A stretch of DNA of 64,000 nucleotides. It comes from an uncultured Alphaproteobacteria bacterium. GTDB taxonomy: Bacteria > Pseudomonadota > Alphaproteobacteria > Acetobacterales > Acetobacteraceae. Positions 39,882 through 49,720 of the stretch are shown here, piece after piece. Location: assembly GCA_963819305.1 (NCBI GenBank), contig CAWFVP010000001.1:748131-812130 (forward strand), in the 5' to 3' direction. The notes under the pieces are model-generated. The model made no database searches, was not told where the DNA came from, and saw only the letters and a list, made by a program, of their open reading frames with translations. Numbering within the stretch: position 1 is the stretch's first letter; each line of letters opens with the position of its first letter. Made by a program: the position numbers and the translations under genes.

Positions 39882-41750
39882 TTAACGGGACACCGGCGCC
39901 GAACCGTCGGGGGACGGGCGGGGCCGCAGCGAGCGCCGCAGCAGGCCGGAGAAGCGGCGCTTGCGGGATACTTCGGCATCGCTCGACATCTGCACCCCGG
40001 TCGAATCGCGGCGCAGAGTGAGCTTGCGGTCGTGGAAATCCTCGAGTTCCGGGCGGTGACCGACCGAGATCACAGTGCAGTCCGCGAGCTCGTTGCGGAA
40101 CATCTCCATCATCGAATCCTGGCTGTCGGTATCGAGCGCCGCCGTCGCCTCGTCCATGATCACCACGTCGGGGCGCGACACCAGCAGGCGGGCGAAGGCG
40201 AGCCGCTGCTGCTCCCCGCCGGACAGCAGCTTGTCCCATTTCTCGGTGTCGTCGAGGCGCGGGATCAGCCGCCTGAGGCCGCATCGCGTCAGCGCCGCGA
40301 CCAGAACGTCGTCCGGCGCGCAGGTGGCGTTGGCGGGGTATTCCAGCACCTGCCGCAGGCTGCCGAGCGGCAGGTAGCCGCGCTGGGGCAGGAAGGCGAA
40401 GCGCGCGCCCTTGGGCAGCAGAACGCGCCCGGTGCCCCATGGCCATAATCCCGCGACTGCGCGGATCAAGGTGCTCTTGCCGGTTCCCGACTGGCCCATC
40501 AGCAGCACCTTCTCGCCACGATGGATGATCGTGTCCGCGTCGTCGATCATGGTGCGGCCGTCATGCATCGCGACCGAAAGGGCATCGAGATGGATGTCTT
40601 CGTCCGGGCTTTCCTCCAGGGTGATGCGCTGCTGCTCGCTGTCGACCGAAGCGTCGAGGTCGGTCAATGCGTTCCACAGACCTGACACCCGCCCAACCGA
40701 GGCCAGCCACTCGGCAATCTTGGCGTAGTTGTCGACCAGCCAGTTCAGCGCGATCTGGACCTGGACGAAGGCGGCGGCGGTCTGCATCAGGCCGCCCAGG
40801 GTAATCGAGCCGTTGAGATAATTGGGCGCCGCCAGGAGCAGCGGCATCACCGGGGCCACGACGCCGTTGGCGTTGACCAGCAGCGTCATCCGCGCCAGTT
40901 GCGCGATCACGTGGTGCCAGGCGACCACCACGATGTCGAGCGTTGCCTGGATGCCCTTGCGCTCATCGCCCTCGCCCCGGATCATGGCGATGCTTTCGGC
41001 GTTCTCGCGCACCCGGCCCATCTCGTAGCGCAGCCGGGCCTCCGCGGCGTTCTTGTCCTCGATGCGGTTGATCAACGGGCGGCCGAATGCCATCAGCGAC
41101 CCGGACATCACCACCGAGTAGGCGACGGCGGCGATCACCATGTAGCCGGGGATCGCGACGTCGCCGAAATGCGCCACTCCCGCGGCCGACCACAGCACGC
41201 TGAAGAACACCACCGCCATCAGCACGGCGTTGACGATCCCGTAGCCGAAGTCGATCACCGGCTCGGTGGCGATCCGGGCATCCTCGGCGATGCGGAACTC
41301 CGGCGAGTCCAGGTCGGGTGCGGAGATGCTGAGGCGGTAGAACCGCTGCTCCGCCAGCCAGTGCTCGGCGAGGCGCACCGTCAGCCATTGCCGCCAGCGC
41401 ACCTGCAGGCGCATGCGGACGATGACGTTGGCGATCGAGACGACCGTGCTTGCAAGGACGATGGCCGCGAACAACCCGACCGCCGTCATCAGCACCGTCT
41501 CGCTCCGGCGTCCGATGGCGTCGAAGAAATACGCGTTCCAGCGGTTGATGCCGTATTGCACGCCGATATTGGCAACGATCAGGACGGCGCTGAGGCTGGT
41601 CAGGGTCCAGGCCCGGCCCGCCGTCGGGCCGCGCCAATAGCCGCCGGCGAGGCGCCAATAGGCACGGGTCGAGCCCCGCGGTGCCGGGCGACGGTCATCA
41701 TGCGGCAACGAACCGGCTTCGGACACGGCACTGCCGGCATCGTCGCTCAT
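39882..41750 (-). CDS. fused ABC transporter permease/ATP-binding protein (SbmA/BacA-type TMD, YddA-like)
   Basis: N-terminal TMD of about 6 TM segments. C-terminal NBD with Walker A GQSGTGKST, signature LSGGEQQR and Walker B VVIMDEAT. Confidence 0.85.
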   Translation of the reverse strand: MSDDAGSAVSEAGSLPHDDRRPAPRGSTRAYWRLAGGYWRGPTAGRAWTLTSLSAVLIVANIGVQYGINRWNAYFFDAIGRRSETVLMTAVGLFAAIVLASTVVSIANVIVRMRLQVRWRQWLTVRLAEHWLAEQRFYRLSISAPDLDSPEFRIAEDARIATEPVIDFGYGIVNAVLMAVVFFSVLWSAAGVAHFGDVAIPGYMVIAAVAYSVVMSGSLMAFGRPLINRIEDKNAAEARLRYEMGRVRENAESIAMIRGEGDERKGIQATLDIVVVAWHHVIAQLARMTLLVNANGVVAPVMPLLLAAPNYLNGSITLGGLMQTAAAFVQVQIALNWLVDNYAKIAEWLASVGRVSGLWNALTDLDASVDSEQQRITLEESPDEDIHLDALSVAMHDGRTMIDDADTIIHRGEKVLLMGQSGTGKSTLIRAVAGLWPWGTGRVLLPKGARFAFLPQRGYLPLGSLRQVLEYPANATCAPDDVLVAALTRCGLRRLIPRLDDTEKWDKLLSGGEQQRLAFARLLVSRPDVVIMDEATAALDTDSQDSMMEMFRNELADCTVISVGHRPELEDFHDRKLTLRRDSTGVQMSSDAEVSRKRRFSGLLRRSLRPRPSPDGSAPVSR

Positions 41751-41832
41751 GTCTCAGGCTCCCGGGCGGCGAAATTGAACCACCCGATATCGAAACGTTC
41801 GGCGGCGGTGTTCGTTCCCAGTCAGCGCCTGA

Positions 41833-43149
41833 TTAAACGCAACGCGTGACGAATTCGGCCAGCCCCGACAATTCCCGGTCGCGCTGCGGGAAGCCGATCA
41901 GTTGCACACCGACCGGCAGGCCCTCGACCTGCAGAAGCGGCAGCGAGATGGCCGGCGTGCGCAGTGCCGAGGCCGGCTGGTTGAAGATCGCGTTACCGGT
42001 CGATGCGATGCCCACCGGCGCCGGACCCAGCGAGGACAAGGTGATGCAGCCATCCACCTCGTCGGACAGCGCCAACAGCAGGGTCCGCATCACGTCGCGG
42101 CGGTGCAGCAGGATCCGGTACTGGTCCGGCGTCATCGCCCGGCCGGCGGCGATGTCGGCGCGCAGCCCCGGGCTGAGGCCCTCCCCGGCGCGGTGGTCGA
42201 GTTCGGCGAAAGGCCACAGCTTCTCCCAGTTGTTGATTTCCTGGGAAACCACGCCGGCCTCGGCGATCGCCTGCTCCAGCAACTCGACCCGCGCCGAAGC
42301 CTGTCGGTCGATCAGGCGGATGCCGGCGCGGGAGAGTCTTTCCAAAAAGGCCTCGAAGGCGGCGACGGCGCCGGTATCGGCTTTTGCCCAGCCCGCTGTC
42401 TGCAACACCGCGAGCGCTTCCGGGCGGCGCGGCGCTGCCGGAACCGGGCCGCCGGCGAACGGAGGAAATCCCGGGTCGCCGCCGACCCGCATCGCAATGG
42501 CGTGGCACACGGCCCAACCATCGGCGAGGTTCGCGGACAAGGTGCCGAGGCAGTTCTGGCTGAAATTGTCGCTGATGCCGCCACGGTTGAGCGCCCCGAA
42601 TGTCGGCTTGAACCCGACCACGCCGCAGAAGCTCGCCGGCCGCAGGATGGAACCGCCGACCTGGCTGCCAATGGCCACCGGCACCATTCCCGCCGCCACC
42701 GCGGCGGCGGAACCGCTGGACGATCCGCCCGGGGTCCGCGTCGGATCGAGCGGATTGCGAGTCGGCCCAGGGAAGGCGCCGGCGAATTCGGTGGTGACCG
42801 CCTTGCCGACGATCACCGCGCCCGCCCGGCGCAGCGCATAGGCCGCGGCGGAATCGCGCCCGCCGTGCCAGCCCTCGAAAATCTTGCAGCCGAAGCCCGT
42901 CGGCATATCCGCGGTTTCCAGGATGTCCTTCAGCGCCACCGGCATGCCGTCGATCTCGGACAGCGGTGTTCCGCTGCGGTAGCGGGCAGTGGAGGCGTCG
43001 GCGGCACGTCGCGCCGCATCGGGATCGATGGCGGCGAAGGCGTGGATCTGGGGCTCGCGTTCGTCGATCCGCTGCAGGCAGGACTCAAGGAAATGGCGCG
43101 GCGAGGAAGTGCCGGCGGCAAACCCGTCCCGCAGTTTCGCGAATGTCAT
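41833..43149 (-). CDS. amidase-signature family amidase (intact)
   Basis: 438-aa ORF. GGSSSGSAAAVAAG plus GSQVGGSILRPASFCG signature. Confidence 0.85.
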   Translation of the reverse strand: MTFAKLRDGFAAGTSSPRHFLESCLQRIDEREPQIHAFAAIDPDAARRAADASTARYRSGTPLSEIDGMPVALKDILETADMPTGFGCKIFEGWHGGRDSAAAYALRRAGAVIVGKAVTTEFAGAFPGPTRNPLDPTRTPGGSSSGSAAAVAAGMVPVAIGSQVGGSILRPASFCGVVGFKPTFGALNRGGISDNFSQNCLGTLSANLADGWAVCHAIAMRVGGDPGFPPFAGGPVPAAPRRPEALAVLQTAGWAKADTGAVAAFEAFLERLSRAGIRLIDRQASARVELLEQAIAEAGVVSQEINNWEKLWPFAELDHRAGEGLSPGLRADIAAGRAMTPDQYRILLHRRDVMRTLLLALSDEVDGCITLSSLGPAPVGIASTGNAIFNQPASALRTPAISLPLLQVEGLPVGVQLIGFPQRDRELSGLAEFVTRCV

Positions 43150-43210
43150 CTCGGATGCCTCGTTGCGATCTCCAGCCGAACACTCGCCGCAACCGCGGGT
43201 CGCGGCAAGT

Positions 43211-45241
43211 TCAGGTGCCCAGGCCGGCCACCGCGGCGAGCACGCCGGCTTCGGTCAGGATCTGCGGCAACTCGGTCGGCGCGCCGCCGCCGCCCGGGAA
43301 CAAGGCATAGAACGGCACCCCGTCGCGCTGATGGGCGCGCAGGAAGCGGGTGATGTCGGGGTCCTGGCGGGTCCAGTCGCCTTTCAGGTACGCGATGCCG
43401 TGCGATGCGAAGCTGTCGCGGACGCGGGGCGAGTCCAACGCCACGCGCTCGTTGACCAGGCAGGTTACGCACCAGGCGGCGGTCATATTGACGAAGACCG
43501 GACGGCCCTCGGCGCGCAGGCTGGCCAGGCGAGAGGGGGTGAACGGCTCAATTCCCGGCTCCGCGATTTCGGCGCGCGGCGAGGCCGAACCCGTGGCCAG
43601 CGGCGCCAGTGTGGCGAGTGCCGCGACGGCCGCGACCGTGGCGGCGAAAAAGCCCGTCCTGCGCGGGACGCCGGGACGACTGGACTGGGCCAGCCCCAGC
43701 ACCCACGCGCCGAAGCCGAGCAGCACCAGTCCGGCGCCGGCGGCGAGAACGCCGGTGGAGCCGGCCTCCTGGCTCAGCACCCAGACCATCCAGGCGCTGG
43801 CGGCGTACATCGGGAAAGCCAGGGCCTGCTTCAGCACCTCCATCCAGCGCCCCGGCCGCGGCATCGCGCGGGCGACCGGCGGCAGCGTCGCCAGCAGGAC
43901 GTAGGGTGACGCGAGCCCCAGCCCCATCGCCACGAACACCGCCAGTGTCATCGGAGCCGAACCCGCGAGGCCGGCCGCGATGGCGGCACCCATGAACGGC
44001 GCGGTGCAGGGGGTTGCCACCAGGACTGCCAGCAGGCCGGTGAAGAAACTGCCGCCCAGGCCGCCGCGACCCACGAGATCCTGCCCGGCGCCCACCGGAC
44101 CGCCGACCGCGAACACGCCGGACAGGTTGAGGCCGACGCCGAACAGCAGCAGCGCCATCGCGGCGACGAAGGTCGGAGACTGGAACTGGAAACCCCACCC
44201 GCTCGCCGCACCTGCCTGGCGCAAGGCCAGCAGGACGAACCCCAACAGGGAGAATGTCGCCAGAACGCCGATGGTGTACGCGACGGCGTGGCCCCAGGCA
44301 TGGCCGCGCCGGCGGCCGACCAGCCCCGCCAACCCGACCGCCTTCATCGCCAGGATCGGGAACACGCACGGCATCAGATTGAGGATGAGGCCGCCGGCGA
44401 AGGCCAGTCCGACGATTTCCCAAAAGCCGGTGGTTGCCGCGACAGGTGCCGCGGAGATCGTCAACGCACGTTGCTGGCCGGCCTCATCGGTCAATACGAC
44501 CACGCCGCCGAGCGGCGCGCCGGGGCGGAAATCCGGCCCCGGCTTAAGCGCGATGGCAAGGTGGTCGGCCCCGATGGAAAGCTTCTGCGGCGCGCTGTCG
44601 ACGATGCTGCCGGAGCCATCGGGGAAGAACCGCGCGGATTGCACGGCGGCGGCCGACAGCCCCTGTCCGGTCAGTGCCAGCGTGCCGTCCGGGGCGATCT
44701 GCGCCAACCAGGGCGACGACACCGGGGTTCGCGCGTCGGCGGCGGCGAACAATCCGGCCTGCGGCGACGGCGCCACCGGTCCCACCGGGAGGTCGAGACG
44801 GAAATCGCCCTCCTCCGGGACGCAGATATTGTCGCAGACCAGCCAGTTGGCGTGCAGCTGTACCGCGGTCGCGCCGCTGGCGCCGAAGATCGTGACCGGC
44901 AGCAGGGCCTGCCCGTCATAGCCATAGGTCATCAGCGGACCTTCGGCATGGGCGGAAGGCGCCGGCCAGACCGTTTCGCCGGCACTGACCCCGGACGGCA
45001 GGGTGAAATGCAGTTCCGGGGGAATGCCGGCATCGCCCGGATTGCGCCAATAGGTGTGCCACCCGCGCGCCATCTGCAGCCGCAAGGCGACGCGGAACGG
45101 CTGCCCCGGCTGGATCGCATCGGTTTCCGAAATCAGCGAGGCGGTCATGCGCGGGCTGGCCGTCGAGGCACTTTCCAGTGCCATGGCAGGTCCGGCCGCC
45201 AGCAACAGCATCGCGATGATCAAGGCGGCCAGTCGTCGCAT
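43211..45241 (-). CDS. DsbD/ScsB-family thiol:disulfide interchange protein
   Basis: Signal peptide from ATG 45241, an N-terminal periplasmic domain, a central CcdA-like TM core (two conserved Cys: NLMPCVFP, ATPCTAPF), and a C-terminal thioredoxin-like domain (AAWCVTC). Confidence 0.8.
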   Translation of the reverse strand: MRRLAALIIAMLLLAAGPAMALESASTASPRMTASLISETDAIQPGQPFRVALRLQMARGWHTYWRNPGDAGIPPELHFTLPSGVSAGETVWPAPSAHAEGPLMTYGYDGQALLPVTIFGASGATAVQLHANWLVCDNICVPEEGDFRLDLPVGPVAPSPQAGLFAAADARTPVSSPWLAQIAPDGTLALTGQGLSAAAVQSARFFPDGSGSIVDSAPQKLSIGADHLAIALKPGPDFRPGAPLGGVVVLTDEAGQQRALTISAAPVAATTGFWEIVGLAFAGGLILNLMPCVFPILAMKAVGLAGLVGRRRGHAWGHAVAYTIGVLATFSLLGFVLLALRQAGAASGWGFQFQSPTFVAAMALLLFGVGLNLSGVFAVGGPVGAGQDLVGRGGLGGSFFTGLLAVLVATPCTAPFMGAAIAAGLAGSAPMTLAVFVAMGLGLASPYVLLATLPPVARAMPRPGRWMEVLKQALAFPMYAASAWMVWVLSQEAGSTGVLAAGAGLVLLGFGAWVLGLAQSSRPGVPRRTGFFAATVAAVAALATLAPLATGSASPRAEIAEPGIEPFTPSRLASLRAEGRPVFVNMTAAWCVTCLVNERVALDSPRVRDSFASHGIAYLKGDWTRQDPDITRFLRAHQRDGVPFYALFPGGGGAPTELPQILTEAGVLAAVAGLGT

Positions 45242-45277
45242 GCCGGCATATTCTCCTCGGGGCCCACGATCGGTGAT

Positions 45278-47731
45278 ATGGGGCGCCGGTCGGACAAAGG
45301 GCAACCAGTGAGCTTCGTCGAATTCGCATCGCTCGACCTGCCGGTCGCGGACATCCTGCCGCAATTGCAGGCGGCGCTGGGTGGCGGCAACGTGCTTCTG
45401 GTCGCTCCACCCGGTGCCGGGAAGACCACGCTGGTGCCGCTGGCGTTACTGGACCAGCCATGGCTCGCCGGGCAGCGCATCGTCATGCTCGAGCCGCGAC
45501 GCCTTGCCGCGCGGGCCGCCGCGACGCGGATGTCGGAGATGTTGGGCCAGAAGGTGGGCGGCCTGGTCGGCTACCGCACCCGCCTCGACAGCGCGGTTTC
45601 GGCCGCGACTCGCATCGAGGTGGTGACCGAGGGGCTGCTGGTGCGGCGGCTGATGTCGGATCCCGGGTTGGAGGGGGTCGGCCTCGTCATCCTGGACGAG
45701 GTGCATGAACGCGCGCTCGACGCCGACCTGGCGTTGGCCTTCTGCCGTTTCCTGCAGGCCAATCTGCGGCCGGAGCTGCGATTGCTGGCGATGTCGGCGA
45801 CCCCGGACACCGCCGCGATGGCTCGGATGCTGGACGCCGCGTTGATCGAGAGCACCGGGCGGATGCACTCGGTGGAAATAGCCCATGCGGCGCGCGACCT
45901 GATGCATCCCCGCGACCTGTCCGATGCAATGGCCCGCGCGGTGCGCGCTGCGCTGTCGGCCCAAGGCGGCGACATCCTGGCGTTCCTGCCTGGGATGGCC
46001 GACATCCGCCGCGCCCAATCGGCACTGGACGGCTGCGGCGCCCTGGTGCTGCCGTTGCACGGCGAATTGCCGCCCTCCGAGCAGGACCGGGCGCTGCGGC
46101 CGGCCGAGGGGCGGCGGGTCGTGCTGGCAACCTCGATCGCCGAAACCTCGCTCACCGTGCCGGGGGTGCGCGTGGTGATCGACGGCGGCTGGCGACGGGC
46201 GCCGGTGCTCGATCCCGCCACCGGGCTGACGCGGCTGGCCACCCTGCGGATCAGCCGCGCCGCCGCTGCCCAACGGGCTGGACGGGCTGGGCGCGAGGCT
46301 CCGGGGGTGGCGATCCGGCTGTGGTCGACCGCCCTGCACCGGGGGCTGGCCGAATTCGATCGCCCCGAGATCCTGCGCGCCGAACTGTCGGGGCTATGCC
46401 TGGACTGTGCCGCCTGGGGCGAGGCGCCGGCCGATCTGCCGTTTCCGGACCCGCCGCCCGCGGGCGCGCTGGCCGCCGCGGCATCGCTGCTGCAGGACCT
46501 TGGCGCGCTGGACGACGGCGGGCGAATCACCGATGCCGGCCGACGGATGGCCCGGCTCGGCGCCCATCCGCGGCTGGCCGCGATGATGCTGGCGGCGGAC
46601 GGGCCGCGGGAAGCAGCACTCGCGGCCGATCTCGCGGCATTGCTGGAAGAGCGCGATCCGCTGGGCAACCGGGCCCCCTCCGCCGACCTCGAATTGCGGC
46701 TCTCTGCCCTCGCCGGCGAGGGCGACGCCGATCGTGGTGCGGTCTCCCGCATCCGGCGCGGCGCCGCGCAATACCGTCGCCGCCTGGGCGCGGGGGCCGA
46801 AGCCGCGGGCAATGTGGGCAAGCTAGTGGCCGCCGCCTTTCCTGACCGGATCGCCCAGCGTCGGGGCGAGCCCGGCAGCTTCCGCCTGTCCGGCGGTGGC
46901 GGGGCGCGGCTGCCGCTGGCCGATCCGCTGTCGAGGGCGGCGCTTCTCGCGGTGGCGAGCCTGGAGGTGAAGGCCGGCGCCCATATCAGGCTGGCCGCGC
47001 CGCTCGACATCGCCAGCTTCCCGGCCTCCCTGTCGGCCCGGATCACCGAGACTGTGGAAGGCGGGGTCGATCCGGTCACCGGCTCGGTGGTTGCCCGCCG
47101 CAGGCGTCGGCTGGGGGCGCTGGTGCTGGAAGACCGCCTGGTGCCGGCAGACCCCGCCGAAACCGCCGCGGCACTGGCGTCGGCACTCGACATCTCCGCC
47201 CTGCCTTGGAATGACGCCGCCCGCCAGTTGCAGGCCCGGGTGGCGCTGATGGCAGCTCTCGAGCCTGGCTGGCCCGATCTGTCCGACCAGGCGCTGGCGG
47301 GCGACCGCGCCTGGCTCGCCCCTCATCTGCACGGATCGACTCGCCTGCCGGATGCGGCCCGGCTCGACCTGCATGCCATTCTCCGGGGCATGTTGGACTG
47401 GCAGCAGGCAAGCCGCCTGGATGCGGAACTGCCGAGCCACCTGAGCGTGACCGGCGGGCGCGCCCCGGTCGACTACCTGCAACCGGTGCCCATGGCGCAG
47501 GCCCGGGCGCAGGATTTCTTCGGCATGCGCGAAACGCCGAAACTGGCCGGCGGCCGGGTCGAACTGCGCCTGGCGCTGCTGTCGCCGGCGCGGCGGCCGG
47601 TGGCGATCACCGCCGACCTCGCCGCATTCTGGCGCGGCGGCTGGGCCGAGGTCCGGCGGGACATGCGCGGCCGCTATCCGCGCCATCACTGGCCGGACGA
47701 TCCTGCCACCGCATCGCCGCGTCGGCCCTGA
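45278..47731 (+). CDS. hrpB: ATP-dependent RNA helicase HrpB (DEAH-box)
   Basis: APPGAGKTT, DEVHER, SATP, TSIAETSLT and QRAGRAGR motifs, plus the HrpB C-terminal domain. Start is 45278 (ATG) or 45308 (GTG). The track ORF from 44288 is an artefactual extension over dsbD. Confidence 0.9.
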   Translation: MGRRSDKGQPVSFVEFASLDLPVADILPQLQAALGGGNVLLVAPPGAGKTTLVPLALLDQPWLAGQRIVMLEPRRLAARAAATRMSEMLGQKVGGLVGYRTRLDSAVSAATRIEVVTEGLLVRRLMSDPGLEGVGLVILDEVHERALDADLALAFCRFLQANLRPELRLLAMSATPDTAAMARMLDAALIESTGRMHSVEIAHAARDLMHPRDLSDAMARAVRAALSAQGGDILAFLPGMADIRRAQSALDGCGALVLPLHGELPPSEQDRALRPAEGRRVVLATSIAETSLTVPGVRVVIDGGWRRAPVLDPATGLTRLATLRISRAAAAQRAGRAGREAPGVAIRLWSTALHRGLAEFDRPEILRAELSGLCLDCAAWGEAPADLPFPDPPPAGALAAAASLLQDLGALDDGGRITDAGRRMARLGAHPRLAAMMLAADGPREAALAADLAALLEERDPLGNRAPSADLELRLSALAGEGDADRGAVSRIRRGAAQYRRRLGAGAEAAGNVGKLVAAAFPDRIAQRRGEPGSFRLSGGGGARLPLADPLSRAALLAVASLEVKAGAHIRLAAPLDIASFPASLSARITETVEGGVDPVTGSVVARRRRRLGALVLEDRLVPADPAETAAALASALDISALPWNDAARQLQARVALMAALEPGWPDLSDQALAGDRAWLAPHLHGSTRLPDAARLDLHAILRGMLDWQQASRLDAELPSHLSVTGGRAPVDYLQPVPMAQARAQDFFGMRETPKLAGGRVELRLALLSPARRPVAITADLAAFWRGGWAEVRRDMRGRYPRHHWPDDPATASPRRP

Positions 47732-47874
47732 GAGTCATGCAGCCGGTTCCGCAGCCTCGGCTGATGCGCCGCAGAGACAATCTTGTTACGTGCGCTCGGA
47801 GGTGCCACTTCCTAACAGTAAGTCGCGGTGCCAATTCAATCGCGGGATCGTGCTGCTCCACCGGAGTCCGTGCC

Positions 47875-48969
47875 ATGACTGCCTCCAAGCTCTATCGGCG
47901 AACCGGCCTTCTGCTTGCCGCCGGGTTTGCCGTCGCGCTGCTGCCCGGCTGCGCCAACACCGCGCAAGCCCGCGTGGGCCCGGAAAGCTTTGCGCCGCTG
48001 ATCAAGCGGGTGATGCCGTCCGTGGTGAACATCGCGGTCACCGAAGCGCCTGGGGGGGTCGACCCGCTGGCCGGGTTGCCGCCGGAACTGCAGCGGCAGT
48101 TCCGCGACCGACTGCGCAACCGGCGCCAGCCGGTGCAGGGCGCCGGATCGGGCTTCATCATCGACCCAACCGGCTACATCGTCACCGCCAACCACGTGGT
48201 CGGCAACGCCAGCCGGATCGTGGTGTCGCTGTCCGACGGGACCGAGCTTCCGGCCCGCCTGGTCGGCGCCGACGAACTGACCGACGTCGCGGTGATCAAG
48301 GTTGCGCGGTCGACGCCGCTGCCGGCGGTCACCTGGGGCGACAGCCGCAACATCGAGGTCGGCGACTGGGTGATCGCCGCCGGCAACCCGTTCTCGCTCG
48401 GCGGCTCGGTCTCCGCCGGCATCATATCGGCGCGCGGCCGCGATATCGGCGCCGGTCCGTTCGACGACTTCATCCAGATCGATGCGCCGATCAACCCCGG
48501 CAACTCCGGCGGACCACTGTTCGATGCGGACGGCCGCGTCATCGGCATGAACACCGCCATCTACTCGCCCAGCGGCGGCTCCGTCGGTATCGGCTTCGCG
48601 GTGCCCAGCGAACTGGTGTCGAGGGTGGTGTCCGAGTTGCGCGAGCGCGGCCGGATCGACCGCGGCTGGCTGGGCGTGTCGGTGCAGGATGCGCAATCGG
48701 GGTCTGACAGCACCGGCACCCCCGTCGCGCATCCGGGTGTGGTGATCGCGGCGCTGGATCGCGCCGGTCCCGCGGCCCGCTCCGGACTGCGCGCCGGCGA
48801 CGTGGTGACCGCGATCGACGGCCAGCCGGTCGATACCGCCCGCACCTTGACCAAATCGGTGGCGATGACGCCGCCGGGCAATACCCTGCGGGTCGGCGTC
48901 CGTCGCCAGGGCCGCGAGTTGGAAATTCCCGTCACCGTCGGCAGGCGGCCCAAGACCGAGGAGAACTGA
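47875..48969 (+). CDS. HtrA/DegP-family periplasmic serine protease (one PDZ)
   Basis: Signal or lipoprotein-like N-terminus. Catalytic blocks TANHVV, DVAVIKV, GNSGGPL. C-terminal PDZ domain. Confidence 0.85.
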   Translation: MTASKLYRRTGLLLAAGFAVALLPGCANTAQARVGPESFAPLIKRVMPSVVNIAVTEAPGGVDPLAGLPPELQRQFRDRLRNRRQPVQGAGSGFIIDPTGYIVTANHVVGNASRIVVSLSDGTELPARLVGADELTDVAVIKVARSTPLPAVTWGDSRNIEVGDWVIAAGNPFSLGGSVSAGIISARGRDIGAGPFDDFIQIDAPINPGNSGGPLFDADGRVIGMNTAIYSPSGGSVGIGFAVPSELVSRVVSELRERGRIDRGWLGVSVQDAQSGSDSTGTPVAHPGVVIAALDRAGPAARSGLRAGDVVTAIDGQPVDTARTLTKSVAMTPPGNTLRVGVRRQGRELEIPVTVGRRPKTEEN

Positions 48970-48974
48970 GAGCC

Positions 48975-49658
48975 ATGCGCATTCTGGTGGTCGAGGACGA
49001 CAAGGACGTCGCCGGTTTCGTGGTCAAGGGCCTGAAGGAGGCGGGGCACGTGGTCGAGCACACCGCCACCGGCCGGGACGGGCTGTTTCTGGCGGCCAGC
49101 GAGACATTCGACGCGATGGTGCTGGACCGGATGCTGCCCGGCGGCGTCGACGGCCTGCGGTTGCTGGAGACGCTGCGCGGCCAGGGCAACAACACCCCGG
49201 TGCTGTTCCTCTCGGCGATGGCGCAGGTCGATGACCGGGTCCGCGGGCTGAAGGCCGGCGGCGACGACTACATGACCAAGCCGTTCGCCTTCGCCGAGCT
49301 TCTGGCCCGGGTCGAGGCATTGGGCCGGCGCGGCAAGGGCGAGGGGCCGACCACCCGGCTGGTGGTGGCCGATCTCGAGATGGACCTGCTGTCGCGCGGC
49401 GTGAAGCGCGCCGGCCAGAAACTGGACCTGCAGCCGCGCGAGTTCCGGCTGCTGGAATACCTGATGCGCCATGCCGGCCAGGTGGTGACCCGCACCATGC
49501 TGCTGGAAGGGGTGTGGGACTATCATTTCGACCCACAGACCAACGTGATCGACGTGCATGTCTCGCGGCTGCGCCAGAAAGTCGACAAGCCGTTTCCGAT
49601 CCCGCTGATCCACACCGTGCGCAACGCCGGCTACATGCTGCGGGCGGAAGCCCCGTGA
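48975..49658 (+). CDS. OmpR-family response regulator
   Basis: MRILVVEDD...VLDRMLPG...KPF receiver, plus a winged-helix output (LQPREFRLLEYL...VRNAGYML). Confidence 0.9.
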   Translation: MRILVVEDDKDVAGFVVKGLKEAGHVVEHTATGRDGLFLAASETFDAMVLDRMLPGGVDGLRLLETLRGQGNNTPVLFLSAMAQVDDRVRGLKAGGDDYMTKPFAFAELLARVEALGRRGKGEGPTTRLVVADLEMDLLSRGVKRAGQKLDLQPREFRLLEYLMRHAGQVVTRTMLLEGVWDYHFDPQTNVIDVHVSRLRQKVDKPFPIPLIHTVRNAGYMLRAEAP

Positions 49659-49720
49659 ACCTTCCGGCAGGCGCCGTTCCATCACGGTCGCCGCCGGGAG
49701 CTACGCTGCGGCCCGGCCCG

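Noticed and set aside
44288-45277. N-terminal 330-aa extension of the 1147-aa track ORF containing hrpB
   Set aside because: The extension overlaps the oppositely oriented DsbD-family gene and has no helicase similarity. HrpB homology starts around 45278-45310.
45571-47193. 540-aa minus-strand ORF, plus the 59997..61589 (530 aa) and 47836..48732 (298 aa) minus-strand ORFs
   Set aside because: They are antisense to hrpB, the SUV3-like helicase and htrA respectively. The translations are Ser/Arg/Ala/Pro-rich with no motifs.
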